20,000 nucleotides of DNA, taken from the NCBI GenBank assembly GCA_023205875.1, contig CP060769.1:541313-561312 (forward strand), read 5' to 3'. Origin of the DNA: Chloropicon primus (lineage: Eukaryota). The position numbers were made by a program, and so were the translations under genes. Shown here piece after piece: positions 1 through 11,400 of this stretch; the first letter of the stretch is position 1; each line of letters opens with the position of its first letter. Under the pieces are notes generated by a model. It was not told the origin of the DNA. It was given only the letters and a program-made list of their open reading frames with translations, and made no database searches.

Positions 1-2
1 AG

Positions 3-275
3 AAGACGGTGGTTCTGGAGGACCTCGCCGCGGAGTTTGGGTTGAAGGTCCAGGATGCCATCAACAGGGTGAACGGACTGGAAGCGATGGGCCGGATCTC
101 GGGGGTCATGGATGACAGGGGAAAGTTCATCTACATATCGCCAGAGGAAATGCAGGCGGTCGCGGATTACCTGCAGACCAAGGGAAGGGTGAGCATCGCC
201 GATCTAGCGAAAAAGTCCAACGAGTTCATAGACTTGTCTGCCCGCCAAACGGAGGTGGCAGCGTCTGAGACGTAG
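3..275 (+). CDS. DDRGK1: DDRGK domain-containing protein 1 (UFBP1, UFM1 ligase adaptor), 3' part only; 5' end lies outside the window
   Basis: Frame is open from the window edge ([14 protein letters not shown]...) and contains the signature [19 protein letters not shown]...GRVSIADL in a PCI/winged-helix C-terminus; TAG stop at 273-275. The ORF-track start at 9 is an internal GTG. Confidence 0.93.
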   Translation, partial: KTVVLEDLAAEFGLKVQDAINRVNGLEAMGRISGVMDDRGKFIYISPEEMQAVADYLQTKGRVSIADLAKKSNEFIDLSARQTEVAASET

Positions 276-484
276 GAGGCTCGCCAAGGTGGGCGGCGTG
301 CACTTCGCCCTCGTTGACCGCAGAGGACAAGGAGAGAACGGGGCTCCCTGCGTCCGTGAAGCGACGACGACGCCAGTTCAAATGACAATAGGTTTCAAAT
401 CGATTTCAATCAAGTTTATATACGTTTTTGGACTTTGGGCCGGCGGTGCCCAAGCAGCCCCAGCCCCTCCTACTACTGCTGAGC

Positions 485-1378
485 TCAACCAATCAGAAGC
501 TTGTCCTCCTCCAAGAACTTGTACTCTGGGACCTCCATGTTCAGTGGAGCCGGGCCCTTTCTAATTCTGCCGCTGACGTCGTAATGCGACCCGTGGCAAG
601 GGCAGAACCAGCCACCAAAGTCCCCGGCGTCGCTCAATGGAACGCAACCAAGGTGCGTGCAGACGCCGATCAACACGAGCCACTTCTTCTCCAGGCACCT
701 GTCGTCGTCCGCCTCCGCGTCCCTGAGCTCGCCGATGTTGACGTTGTCCGCCTCCGCAATCTCGTCCGCGGTCCTGTGCTTGATGAACACTGGCTTTCCT
801 CTCCACTTCATGGTCACCGTGCTCCCCTCCTCGATCCCGCCGAGGTCCACCTCGAGGGAAGCCAAGGCCAAGACGTCCTTACTGGCCTGCATGGACAAAA
901 TAAACTTGAGGACGAGGAGCCTCAACCCCGCGGCGTAGATGAACCTCCCTCCCGTCAAGACAAGGTATGTGAACGCTCTCTTGCTCGGGTCACCGGCAAG
1001 CCTCTCGTGTCCACCGCTGTTGTCGTACGAGATGCGTTCCGTCGGGTGCTTCAACGCAAAGTTTGTGGGAGACACGCCAGACTCATTCGCGTACGAGACC
1101 ATGTCGTCCGTGCTCGGCGTTCCGGTCATCGGAAGAGAACTCTTCATCCTCTGCTGACCACTGAAGCCGCTAAAGCTGAAACCAAATCCTCTTCCCCATG
1201 ACGAAGAACCCAAACCCAAACCCAAACACGACGACGAGTCGCAGTCTTGCACGACGACATGGGAGTGGACCTGGTGGGCGGTCACAGTCACGTCCCTCGT
1301 CCCACCCACCGCGCACGCCCTCAGTCTCAGAAGGGACTGCAAGGTCGCTTTCCTCGTTTGCCTCAAAGCACTCAGCAT
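485..1378 (-). CDS. UQCRFS1: Mitochondrial cytochrome bc1 Rieske iron-sulfur subunit (UQCRFS1/RIP1 family), about 297 aa with a mitochondrial presequence
   Basis: Rieske boxes CTHLGC and CPCHGSHYD, then [13 protein letters not shown] segment [11 protein letters not shown]...[18 protein letters not shown]. First in-frame ATG at 1378 gives [20 protein letters not shown], an Arg/Leu/Ser-rich transit-peptide-like start. The ORF-track start at 1528 is TTG. Confidence 0.96.
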   Translation of the reverse strand: MLSALRQTRKATLQSLLRLRACAVGGTRDVTVTAHQVHSHVVVQDCDSSSCLGLGLGSSSWGRGFGFSFSGFSGQQRMKSSLPMTGTPSTDDMVSYANESGVSPTNFALKHPTERISYDNSGGHERLAGDPSKRAFTYLVLTGGRFIYAAGLRLLVLKFILSMQASKDVLALASLEVDLGGIEEGSTVTMKWRGKPVFIKHRTADEIAEADNVNIGELRDAEADDDRCLEKKWLVLIGVCTHLGCVPLSDAGDFGGWFCPCHGSHYDVSGRIRKGPAPLNMEVPEYKFLEEDKLLIG

Positions 1379-1700
1379 CTTCCTCGTCTTCCTCGTCTCC
1401 TCGTCTCGTGGCCGCAACCCTTCACCACAACCTTTCCCTTCCCTCCGTCGAAGAGCGTGCGCCGAGTCTTTCGCCTCGCCTCCTTTCGGCTTTGATTTAT
1501 TCGGTGCGAGGTCGTCACACCACAACAAAAGAAACTACACGAAGGGGAACGTCTTGGAAAGAACAACCAAACTGGAGTTCCGGCTGCTGCGAAGACGAAA
1601 AAACGAGGAAACCCTCGAGGAGGTTCCTGAGTGTAAGGCAACACGTTACACTCAAATGTAGAATCCTCGGGGGATCGCGCTCCCCAGCGATCACAATCAT

Positions 1701-1843
1701 AACGCCCGCAGGACTTGGCCAGAGCTACGGCCTGCGCTGCGTCTACGTTTGCTGTCATCATCGTGATCCCACTCCGAACGCCCGCAGGACTTGGCCAGAG
1801 CTACGGCCTGCGCTGCGTCTACGTTTGCTGTCATCATCGTGAT
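1701..1843. repeat. Perfect 67-bp direct repeat, 2 copies (1701-1767 and 1777-1843), 9-bp spacer
   Basis: aacgcccgcaggacttggccagagctacggcctgcgctgcgtctacgtttgctgtcatcatcgtgat occurs twice identically, separated by cccactccg. Confidence 0.95.
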
Positions 1844-2194
1844 TAATACGATACCATCACGCAGGGGTAACACCCATCAAGTACCTTCGATTGTAATACG
1901 TGCGGCCCTCCCCCAGCGAATCGAAACGCCTTATTGGAGAGAGCCATCCGCGCTACGACGTAGAAAGGAAGAAAAGAAAAGTACCTGTGTACAAGTTTTA
2001 CGTCTCCCACACACAGTGTGAGACCTTTGCGGGGAAGGTGAAGCTCACGATCCCTGACAAGCAGGATATACTAGACAGAGCAAGAGGCAGGGCCACCCAA
2101 GGCCACCAGTACTCCTTGAGGTCGAGAACTTCATCCTCAATCAGTTCAAACCAGGTGGAGCAATAGAGTAAACAGTGAATTGAGGTCTTGATCT

Positions 2195-2196
<2 letters not shown>

Positions 2197-2238
<42 letters not shown>
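2197..2238. repeat. (TC)21 microsatellite
   Basis: Uninterrupted TC run downstream of the giant ORF stop. Confidence 0.95.
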
Positions 2239-2242
<4 letters not shown>

Positions 2243-2400
2243 GGGATGAAACTACTAGGAAAAAAGTACTAATACAGTTTGTTTTTAGGAAGAGAAAAAA
2301 AGCATATTTAGGTTTATGATTAGGATGAAACTCTTCTTCAACGCAACGCGCCCCGCGGCGGCGCTGTCCCTCTCTCTCTCTCCCTCTCCCCCCTCTACTT

Positions 2401-5400
2401 CTACTTCTTGCCCTTCTTGCCCTTCTTCTTGAAGCTCTTCGCGGCCTTCTTCAGCGTCAGAGTCGTGGGCAACTTGAAGGTGCTCTTCCCAGGCGTTTCG
2501 CCCTGCGGTTCAAGCATGGGGTTCAAGTCCATTCCCTGCTCGCTCGTCTTTCTCGCGGGGGGCTCGGCCACAGGAGAATCGAACTCGATGTCAAAGTCTT
2601 TGCTGGCCTCCATGCGAAACTTCTTGCTCGAGCCGCTGCGGTCCAAGGTCAGGCTCGTGGGCAGCGCCGCGGAACTTCCAGCGTCGTCCGTCCCGGCGTC
2701 TTGAGCCTGAAGGGGGTTCGCGATCATCTCCCTCATTGCTCCATTGGCCGCCTTCTTCCACAGAGAGGCGGCGAGGGGGTTCACGCTGACGGCGGAGGAA
2801 GACTCCTTTCTGTCCCTGGACGACAGAAGGGCCTGGTCCTCGCCACCCTCGCTTGACACCTGGCTTGCAGGCGTGCCAGGGTCCTCCTGGATGGAAGATA
2901 GCCTGTTTGGCGCACTCCTGCTTGGCGCGACGTCTTCAATCTCCTTCAAAGCGGCGGAGACGTTGGACAAAGACAGTCCTTTGCCCTGCGCCCTTTGCCT
3001 CCCGTGATGGACCGAATGCCTGTGGATGTGCTTGACCTTGGCATCCTGCAGCGGTTTGTACCGACCCGACTCCGCAATCTCACTCCTCCAGTTCAATATC
3101 CTCAAGAGCTCACTATCGATGCTGTGAAGGAAATCGACACTCTTCTTCCTGTCCACTTCGGTGGTCTTCCGCAAGTTCGGCGCATCGAGCTTGAAGGTAT
3201 CCGCACGTGCCCTGTCTGCCTGATCAGTGCTTCGAAGCGCCAAGTTTTCGAGCTCTTCCCTTGAAGCGTCGTTTTCTCGGGAGCTTTCTCCTACGGGCTC
3301 TGCGAGATCACTGCTGACCCTTGCCGTGGAATGCTCGACGTCGACGCCCAACGCATCCACACCAAGATTAGCTTCCACTTCCTCCGCCAGCGGGTTCATG
3401 AAGTTGGTGCCCGTCTCTGACCTGAACCTGGTCAGGAAGGAGGAGATGTCGTTCATGAGGAATGTCTGATCCAGAAGTGTTGGTTTCCTCGCTGGCGGAA
3501 CTTCCCCGTCCTCGCCTGGCTCCTGCGCTTCTGGCAAAGGCCCCAGGGAACCTATGCCCACGCCCTCGCCCTCGCCCTCCTCCGCCAAGGGGTTCATGAA
3601 GTTCCTGCCCGTCTCCGATCTGAACCTGGTCAGGAAGGAGGAGATGTCGTTCATGAGGAATGTCTCGTCCGTAACAGTCCCTCTCCTGGCATCGTCCTCG
3701 CCTGGCTCCTGCGCTTCTGGCAAAGGCCCCAGGGCACCCATGCCCACGCCCTCGCCCTCGCCCTCCTCCGCCAAGGGGTTCATGAAGTTCCTGCCCGTCT
3801 CTGACCTGAACCTGGTCAGGAAGGAGGAGATGTCATCAAGAGGACCAGCTTGGCCGTAAAGCTTCTTTTGCTCCCTTGTTCTCCTGTCTTCGCCAAGAGA
3901 ATCAAAGGTCGACAGAGGGTTGACATAGGCAGCACCACTCTCAGACCGCAAACGGTTGATGTACGCCTGGATTCCTTCCATCAAAGGAGACTGATAGGTA
4001 AGAACGAGGGCTTCGTCAGAGGCAAGAATTTCTTCCAACTTTGCATGAATCTCTTGAACCAATCTCAACTCTTCCTCCGTGGCCTCTGATATCCTGTAAG
4101 CCTCCAAAATCTTCTTGAACGTCTCAATTTGTTTGAATTGAGGGCAACTCGCAAGATCATCTATACTCGCCACCCCCTTCTTCGCAAACACGTTCACGAC
4201 ATTCTTTGACACCGTAGAGTCCACAATCTCTTTGTTGAACTTTCGGATGGTTTCCAGAACCCAATCAATGTTAATGCCAACCTTAGCCAAAGGCTTTCGA
4301 AGGGCTTCCTTCTTGTCCTCCAGAGTCTGGTAGAAGTATGCAAGGACGAAAAACAAGATCACCCCAAAGTTGATGGTGGCCAGGGCTGCAGTGATCACCA
4401 GGTTCACCCCAATGCTCACGCCTTCAAAATAAAGGAAAGTTCCTTGCAAGGTGAACCACAGGGCGAAGAGTGACATCGTCTCAAAGATGTTGCACAGATC
4501 GGTTGTGAAAGGCTTGTAGCGCAGCTGCAACAGAAGGAACATCTGGGACACGACCAACCCCAAGAACAGCTGAATGTACAGACGCTCGCTGAAGAACACA
4601 AGGACGAGAGACATGAAGAGCTTTCTCATAAGAGACATGCACTCCCACCACCAGAATTGATCCTTGTACCCTGAATACATAAAGCCAAACATGAGCATAG
4701 TTTTCTTCTCGTGCAGTTTGTCTCTCCTTGCCTTGATTGCAGCAAACACGGAAAATGGGACACCGACGCCATATAGACCAATGGCAACCATAGCCTGCAA
4801 CCTCATCAACGTGTACTCCGTGGACAGGCAGCTGACTGAATTGTCTACACTCAGAAGGGATATCGCACTGTCGATCACGTTCCCTGAGTTCCTCCTGTCT
4901 GTTTTTCTTTGCACCATTGTCCTACAGCCGAAAACCTCCACTGCTTTACGCACCAGCGAAGGATACGCAAGGAAACCCAGAACGAGCATAGTCGTCATGA
5001 AGCTCGTCAGAAAAGTGCTTGATTCGGAATCATCGTCATCATCCCCTTTCTTCGAGTCCTCCTTGTCAAGGAGGGTGAGCTCCTTATGCTTCTTCGGCTT
5101 GAACAAGGACCTGAAGTAGAACACGAGAAGGAGACCCGCTGATGCAAAGAAGGGTGCGAGCATATATGCTTGCCACTTTTGCATGTACGAAGACGGAAGC
5201 TGGCAGGCAAATGCTTGCGATTCAAATGCAAACTCGGAGGTCATGCTGTTGACAGTGTTGAAGTACTTTCGCAGCAGAGGATTCCACTGAACTTGCACTT
5301 CCTTTGCTATTCCAACAATTTGCAGGTAGGACAGCATACTTTTCAGCAACTGCGTGCGGGCACGACTTCTCGCAAAGTCTCCTGCTTTGATCTTTTGGTG

Positions 5401-8400
5401 CATGGATTTGATCTCCCTGTACACAAACACCGTTACGAGCAGAGTCATGCCGACAATTGTTCCGACAATTTGCAACCAGTCAAAAATTTTCCTAGTCGAG
5501 GACTGTATGCACTTGATGCAAGTTCCCTTGCCTGCCCTACCCCAGCCTTCATCGCATTCGGTGCAAAGCGGGCCAGCGTGGCCATCCATGCAATAACCAT
5601 CTTCAATGGAGCCTCCCTCGCAGATTGCAGCTCCTGCAATTGTCAGGTCACAGCTCACAAAGGTGTCGGTCTCTGGGTCCGCACGCCAATACCCGTCTTC
5701 AGCCTCGATGCCTTCCAAACTTGTGCCATTCGTGCATATCGCTCCTTCTGGACAAGGGTGGCACAAGTGCCTGCCAAACTCATTGAGAGGAAACTCCTCA
5801 CTCGTCAAGTGTGGGATACGGACGAAATCGTCTGGACAGCGACAGTCATACGGAGAGTCTGCCCCCACTGGTGCATACTCGTACGTTTGTCCATCAGAAC
5901 AAAGTGGACAGTATGTACACTCGATCTGATCGGGTTTGGTGTTGTACTTGGTGAGGTCTAACTCTCCAGATAACTCTATGCCGCAGCGCTGGCAGTCTGG
6001 CAAATCACCGAGATCTGCCGTAAGCTGATCATACCATCCTGGGGAGCACACACAGTATGCTCCCGTAAGTCGCTCGGCCTGGGACCCTTCTTCACAGATA
6101 ATTTCCAGGACAGGCAACTCAAACGGATTGCCGGCTATCAGCTTCACTTCTTCTCCGTCAGAAATGGAAACATTGAACTCGTACGTTCCATTCATCCTGG
6201 GCTGAAAGTCAAGACTGAGCACAACTGCATTCGCCATTTGTGAGCGCTCCTTGTCGTACTGCGCTCGGTAAGACCATACCGAAGACAAAACCTCTCCGTT
6301 ACGCACTTTGTCGTACAGCGTTAAAAGGACATCAGAGGGACTCAGCGGTACACCAGAAGACAGTATGTTTGACTCCACCGGGAGGGACAAAAAGTTTCCG
6401 AACCGATCTTTGGGCATCACAAAGAGGCCCTCATAAGGCTCTTCAAACCTCAGGGAAGGCAATGGTCTGCCGTCGCCATATGCAACTGTGTGAGGAGGTG
6501 GAAGATTAGAATAGAGCTCTGAGTTTGCTGGGCTGATCAGATTTGATGCCTCCATGGTCACATAGTAATCAATGTTCTCGATTCTCTTCTCCTCAGTGCT
6601 CCCATCTACGAGAGTCTTGACAACGGAAATGGTCAACTTGTATGTTCCGTTCACCTTTGGCCCAAACCAAGCCGGTGAACCAAGCTCAGAAGATAGGATC
6701 AAAACAAACTCATTTGGACAAGGAGTGTCCACGCCAAAGTAAGGGTCACTGCAGGCTACAGCATTGCTTGGATATGCCAGCTTGCTTGCAACTTCTTGCG
6801 TCCAAGGAGAACTAGAAGCTTGCATGAGTTGCCTGCGTCCACCTCCCTCTTCCCCGGTGGTTGAAGTGGCGTCACCCTCTTCCCCGGTGGTTGAAGTGGC
6901 GTCACCCTCTTCCCCGGTGGTTGAAGTGGCGTCACCCTCTTCCCCGGTGGTTGAAGTGGAGTCACCCTCTTCCCCGGTGGTTGAAGTGGAGTCACCTTCT
7001 TCCCCGGTGGTTGAAGTGGAGTCACCCTCTTCCCCGGTGGTTGAAGTGGAGTCACCTTCTTCCCCGGTAGAACTAGAATTTTCTGTGACGTTTGCCCAAA
7101 GTCTAGCAATAAAAGTGTAGTTTTGCGAGCTTTGCAGAGGGTTGCCATATTCATCATAAGAGTGGAGCATGAACTTTATCGGGTCCCCAACGAGCATGGT
7201 CTTCGTTGCCGTTTGGTTGCCGCACTCCCATTTGGATGTGCCGAACTCGTCTATGCACGAAGTCGCTTCACTTACTTCAGATGGAGCAATGATTGTCTCT
7301 TGGGGTACATGTTTGTTGAGTCTCTTCGCTTGACCATCACCACCTCGAGACAAGATCGTCTGGATGTTTTCAAGACTCTGCGAAGCAAAAGCGCCAGCTT
7401 CTGACAACCAAAGCTCGTAATGGCCAGCTCTCTCCAGCAGGAAGCATGTCTCATACGTGACACCAAGAACGTCGTCGTCACCATTACTTTGGGTGTATGT
7501 GGCCCGGTAGGCCTTGATCGTAGAATTTTTGTAGCTCACTGCCTTGAAGAGCATGTAAAACTGCAGGTCAGAGCTATTCCCATTTTCAGTCATCACAACG
7601 TTCTCAAAACGATCTTGAGCTTGCACATTGAAGCAGAATTCATCTCCCGCAATTGCTTGCATGGGGTTCACATCAAGGACAAGAAAAGATTGCAAGTCAA
7701 TCTCACTTGCCACGACCTCGAAAAAGTAGCTTTGGATGTTCTGAACTGAATACTTCAAGAACGACACGAGTGGGTCATACTCAACATCATCACTGCGGTA
7801 GAAATTTGAAATATTCGCAGAACTTCCAAGGACAGTTGGCACACCAAGGGACATGGGAGTGCTCTTCACAAAGTCTCTGGCGTATTCACCTGCAAAGAGC
7901 TGATAGGTACCTGCCTTCAGGGCAGGAATTTTGATGGAATGGGTTCCATCGCCGTTATCCTCAGAGTAACTCCACTGGGTGATCTGTTCCGTTTGCATGA
8001 ATTCCTCTTCATCGAAGATACCATCGATGGGAAGCTTCCTGCCACCAGCAACGTTGGTTATCATGGTGATGTCTTCTGGAGTAAGCAGCAAGTACTTGTC
8101 CAGTGGAAAGTGGCGCATGCCTTCAATATGCCATGACATAGGGTCCTCAATCCATGACAGAAGTGCCCTTGCATCCCAGCACCTTGTCTTCAAGGGATCG
8201 ATTCTGTCGAACACGATATAATTCAATTCGCCTGATGTATCAAGACCACCCAAACCACCACCAAGACCACCCACACCTTCAAAGCCTCCGAGACCTTGGT
8301 CTCCCTGATAGAATTCTAACGAAGTCCTCGTGAAGAACTCCAACCTCTCAGGCATACCCATCCCACCCATGCCATAAGGATTTCCTGAGCAAACGTACTT

Positions 8401-11400
8401 CAAGTTTTGGCGCTCAAAATCGCTCAGGGCAGAGGATGGCTTGAAAATTGGCTTCGAACTCTCGGCAGCAAAACCCGACCATTCCCCAAGAACAACGAAA
8501 CCTCCGAACTGGATTGGATCAAAGTCAAATTCTTTGTCATCCAATGTTTTCTCGTACGTGCACGAAGCCGTGCATTCCAGGGAGGATCTGCAAAATTCTG
8601 GAGGCCACCTGTCGTTCCCCAAGAAGTCCCTCGTGTGTATTACCAACTCAACCTCCTCGCCTGCTTTTGCCTGTTGGGTAAAAGAGCTGCTTTCGCTGTC
8701 GCTAGTGTTCACAACCAACACTGATTCAGACGCTGAGCAGAGTCCTGGCTCGAACTCAACCTCGACCTCCATTTGCGACAGCTTTGCCCTCTGATACTTT
8801 CTAAGAGTATCGTCCGTGCAGGCTTGAAGGCCCTGCAACGTTTGGCAAATACCCAAGGGCTCTGGCCAAGTCCCGAAGTAGTGGTCGTTGGAATTTTCAA
8901 CGGTGAAAGTCATGCTATACAGCTGAACGCACTTCTCGCGCTGTTGGCCACTGAGAAGACATTCTACAGTTTCCCTGCCCAGGTCAGTGTACTTCTCGAA
9001 GAAACGGAAGTTGACATCCAACTCGACAGGGATACCAAAGACCATTCCTGTTCCCCCGCCAGTGTTGATAATCTCTGTTCTCTCCACGAGGTGGCTTGGC
9101 GTATTGAATCTTGACTTAGCGTCCCCGACTTGGGCGAGCCAGGACTCCAACCGGCTGCTGAATTGCTGCAGCTGCGCCTGTGAATTTGTCCCGCCAGCAC
9201 CAATGACATCAGGATAGCTTCCGTTTGCCACCAATGTGTCGAGCAAGGATAGGTCCACGTTTCCATCGACGTCAAGGAAAGGTTCCCTTTCATACGTCAC
9301 AAGGCTTGTATCTCTGTTGATGTCCAACTTAGTCATCGAAAGGTAGATCCAAAAAGGCATTTCAAGAAGCCCGTCATATTGAGGCTCGAACGTGTCCGTG
9401 TCATATATGAAGTAGGCATCCGAGGCACCAACCATACTAACAAGGTTGACAGCTTGCCTTACTTCTGTGCCTGCCGCCACGTATGCCTTGTTCAGCTTCT
9501 TTGGCAGGAAAATGAGTGTATTTGCGCCCATACCTTCCACCTCCATGGCCAAGAAACGGAATCCCATCTCCTCGTTGACGACCTGGTCCCCAATATTTCT
9601 CAAAATGCGCATGCCTGAGTTCGAGAATGTCTGACTGCAGGTGTTTCCACCAATGTCACGGATGTAGCCCCACGCTTGGCCCGTCACACAACTTGTCCCC
9701 GAAGCTGATACGCAGTCGAAGTCTTCTGAACAGCCGTTGTATTTGTAATCGCTCAGGCTCACACTCATTCCCTGATCAGAATCCAACACTTTGTCCTCCG
9801 ACAAGTCATAGTCATTCGTTTGCATCATCAACGCCACCCTATAATGTGCCGTCCTCAGCTGCTGAGTATCAAAGTCTATCATCACGGCCTGGCTAGACTT
9901 CGCTGCTATCGTGTGCACATCAGAAGAAATCAAGCTCCCTGTATCCTCGTCCTTAAGAGTGATCCACGAGGGTTTCGTTCCGATGTACTCCTTCTGCTCA
10001 TCGAGACCACATTCGTCTACGGCGCCGCTTCCCCCCTCAGAGTATACCATTTTCCAGCGCAGGGGGAAGTCACCGGTGTTCTTGAACAGAACTGAGGCAT
10101 TGCTCTGCTTGGTGATGTCAAGCTCGATGCCGCCGGAAAGCTTTCTAATGAAATCGTCTGGCTCCAATTCAAGAGTAGGTGGCTCGTAAGTATGCAAGCG
10201 GACGTCAAACTCCAGTACGTTGGCAGGCCTAACCAAGTTGGTTGTGTTGACATAGTAACCATCAATGGTCGTTGGACCCCCCGTCCTACAGTAATCAGAG
10301 AAGCTTCCTTGCGTTGGACAAGCTTTGTCCACGTGACCAAGCTTCAGCTTGTGACTAAGTTGTGAAGGTTCTGTGATCTTATCAACACTCAAGTAAAGGG
10401 TGTGCTCAAATGTTCTCTCGTCCAACGCAGCTGTTTCCCCCCTCAACCAGTCCGGAAGATCGTTGATGATTTCCACGTTCACAAAGCCAGCCCCTCCTTC
10501 GAAAGAAGTCGTGAACTTGAGCTCTTTGGTGCAATGAGCAAACTCGTCGCAGTGCTCCTCTGCTCGGGATGACCGGATGACGAAGTGTCTTATAAGCTTG
10601 TCATTGTCCGTGTCGTGAGATATACGCGCAGAGACCTCCCAAATCAGTCTTTTCATATTTCCTTCGTTTCCTGCAGAATCAACAGGGACGATTTCGAACA
10701 CGTGCCTTCCCAAACCCAATTCCTCAAGCTCAATCGTTCCCTCGGTTGTTCCGTTCCCATAACCATCACCAAGAGTTTGGCTCCAAGTGTCGTCACTCGA
10801 GTCGAAAGAGCTCCAGGTCCACGCAGGGCTCGTAGAGTTCCCGTACGCGTCGAACGTGTGTACCTGTCTCCATCTGAAAGTGCAGCTGGGTTCATCTGCC
10901 CGGAAACGAACTGTGCGAGATGTTTCGTAGGTCAGTGCAGGATGAGAATCGAGGAAGACCAGGCTAGGGTCCCTCGTGTCGACAATGAAGGACTTCTTCA
11001 CAACGACCCAGTGGTCCCGCCAGTCCACCACTTTCATCCTGAATATGTTCACTCCACTCTGGAGGTACGAGTTAGGTCTCCACTTGCCGCTTCCCTCGGA
11101 ACGAGGACTGCAGTCCCTGTACGTGGAAATCAGCGCACCAGCGTTGTCTCTCTTCTCGATCATGCACCCTCTGTGTTTGATAGGCATGCCCTCCAAATTT
11201 GCAACCCAATTCAGATACGGCCTTCTATTACTCACAAGCACCATTCCATCATTTGCATTGCCTTGGTCCTGGATGACTTCGGTATCAGCCCATTCATTGA
11301 ATGGTATGTAGACCTTGCTGGATGCATAGGCGGACTCTTTCTCCCCTCCTCCACCGAAAACGACCGTCGAATCGTAGACAGAGAAGTCATAGTTCACCCA

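Noticed and set aside
428..1201. 257-aa plus-strand ORF over the Rieske gene
   Set aside because: Antisense shadow of a clearly conserved gene; starts at TTG.
1379..1528. 50-aa N-terminal extension of Rieske in the ORF track (and a similar 20-aa extension of ABCB at 13533)
   Set aside because: Both begin at TTG; in a eukaryote the downstream ATGs give a proper transit peptide or Kozak context.
1850..1935. tRNA/snRNA-like words (TTCGATT on both strands)
   Set aside because: No cloverleaf, acceptor stem or Sm site could be built.
2401..2420. C-terminal KKGKK as an ER-retrieval dilysine signal
   Set aside because: Position -3 is Gly, so it fits neither KKxx nor KxKxx.
6845..7068. 30-bp repeats (and the 67-bp pair at 1701-1843) as a CRISPR array
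   Set aside because: No unique spacers, eukaryotic context and no cas genes; the 30-mer is an in-frame coding minisatellite.
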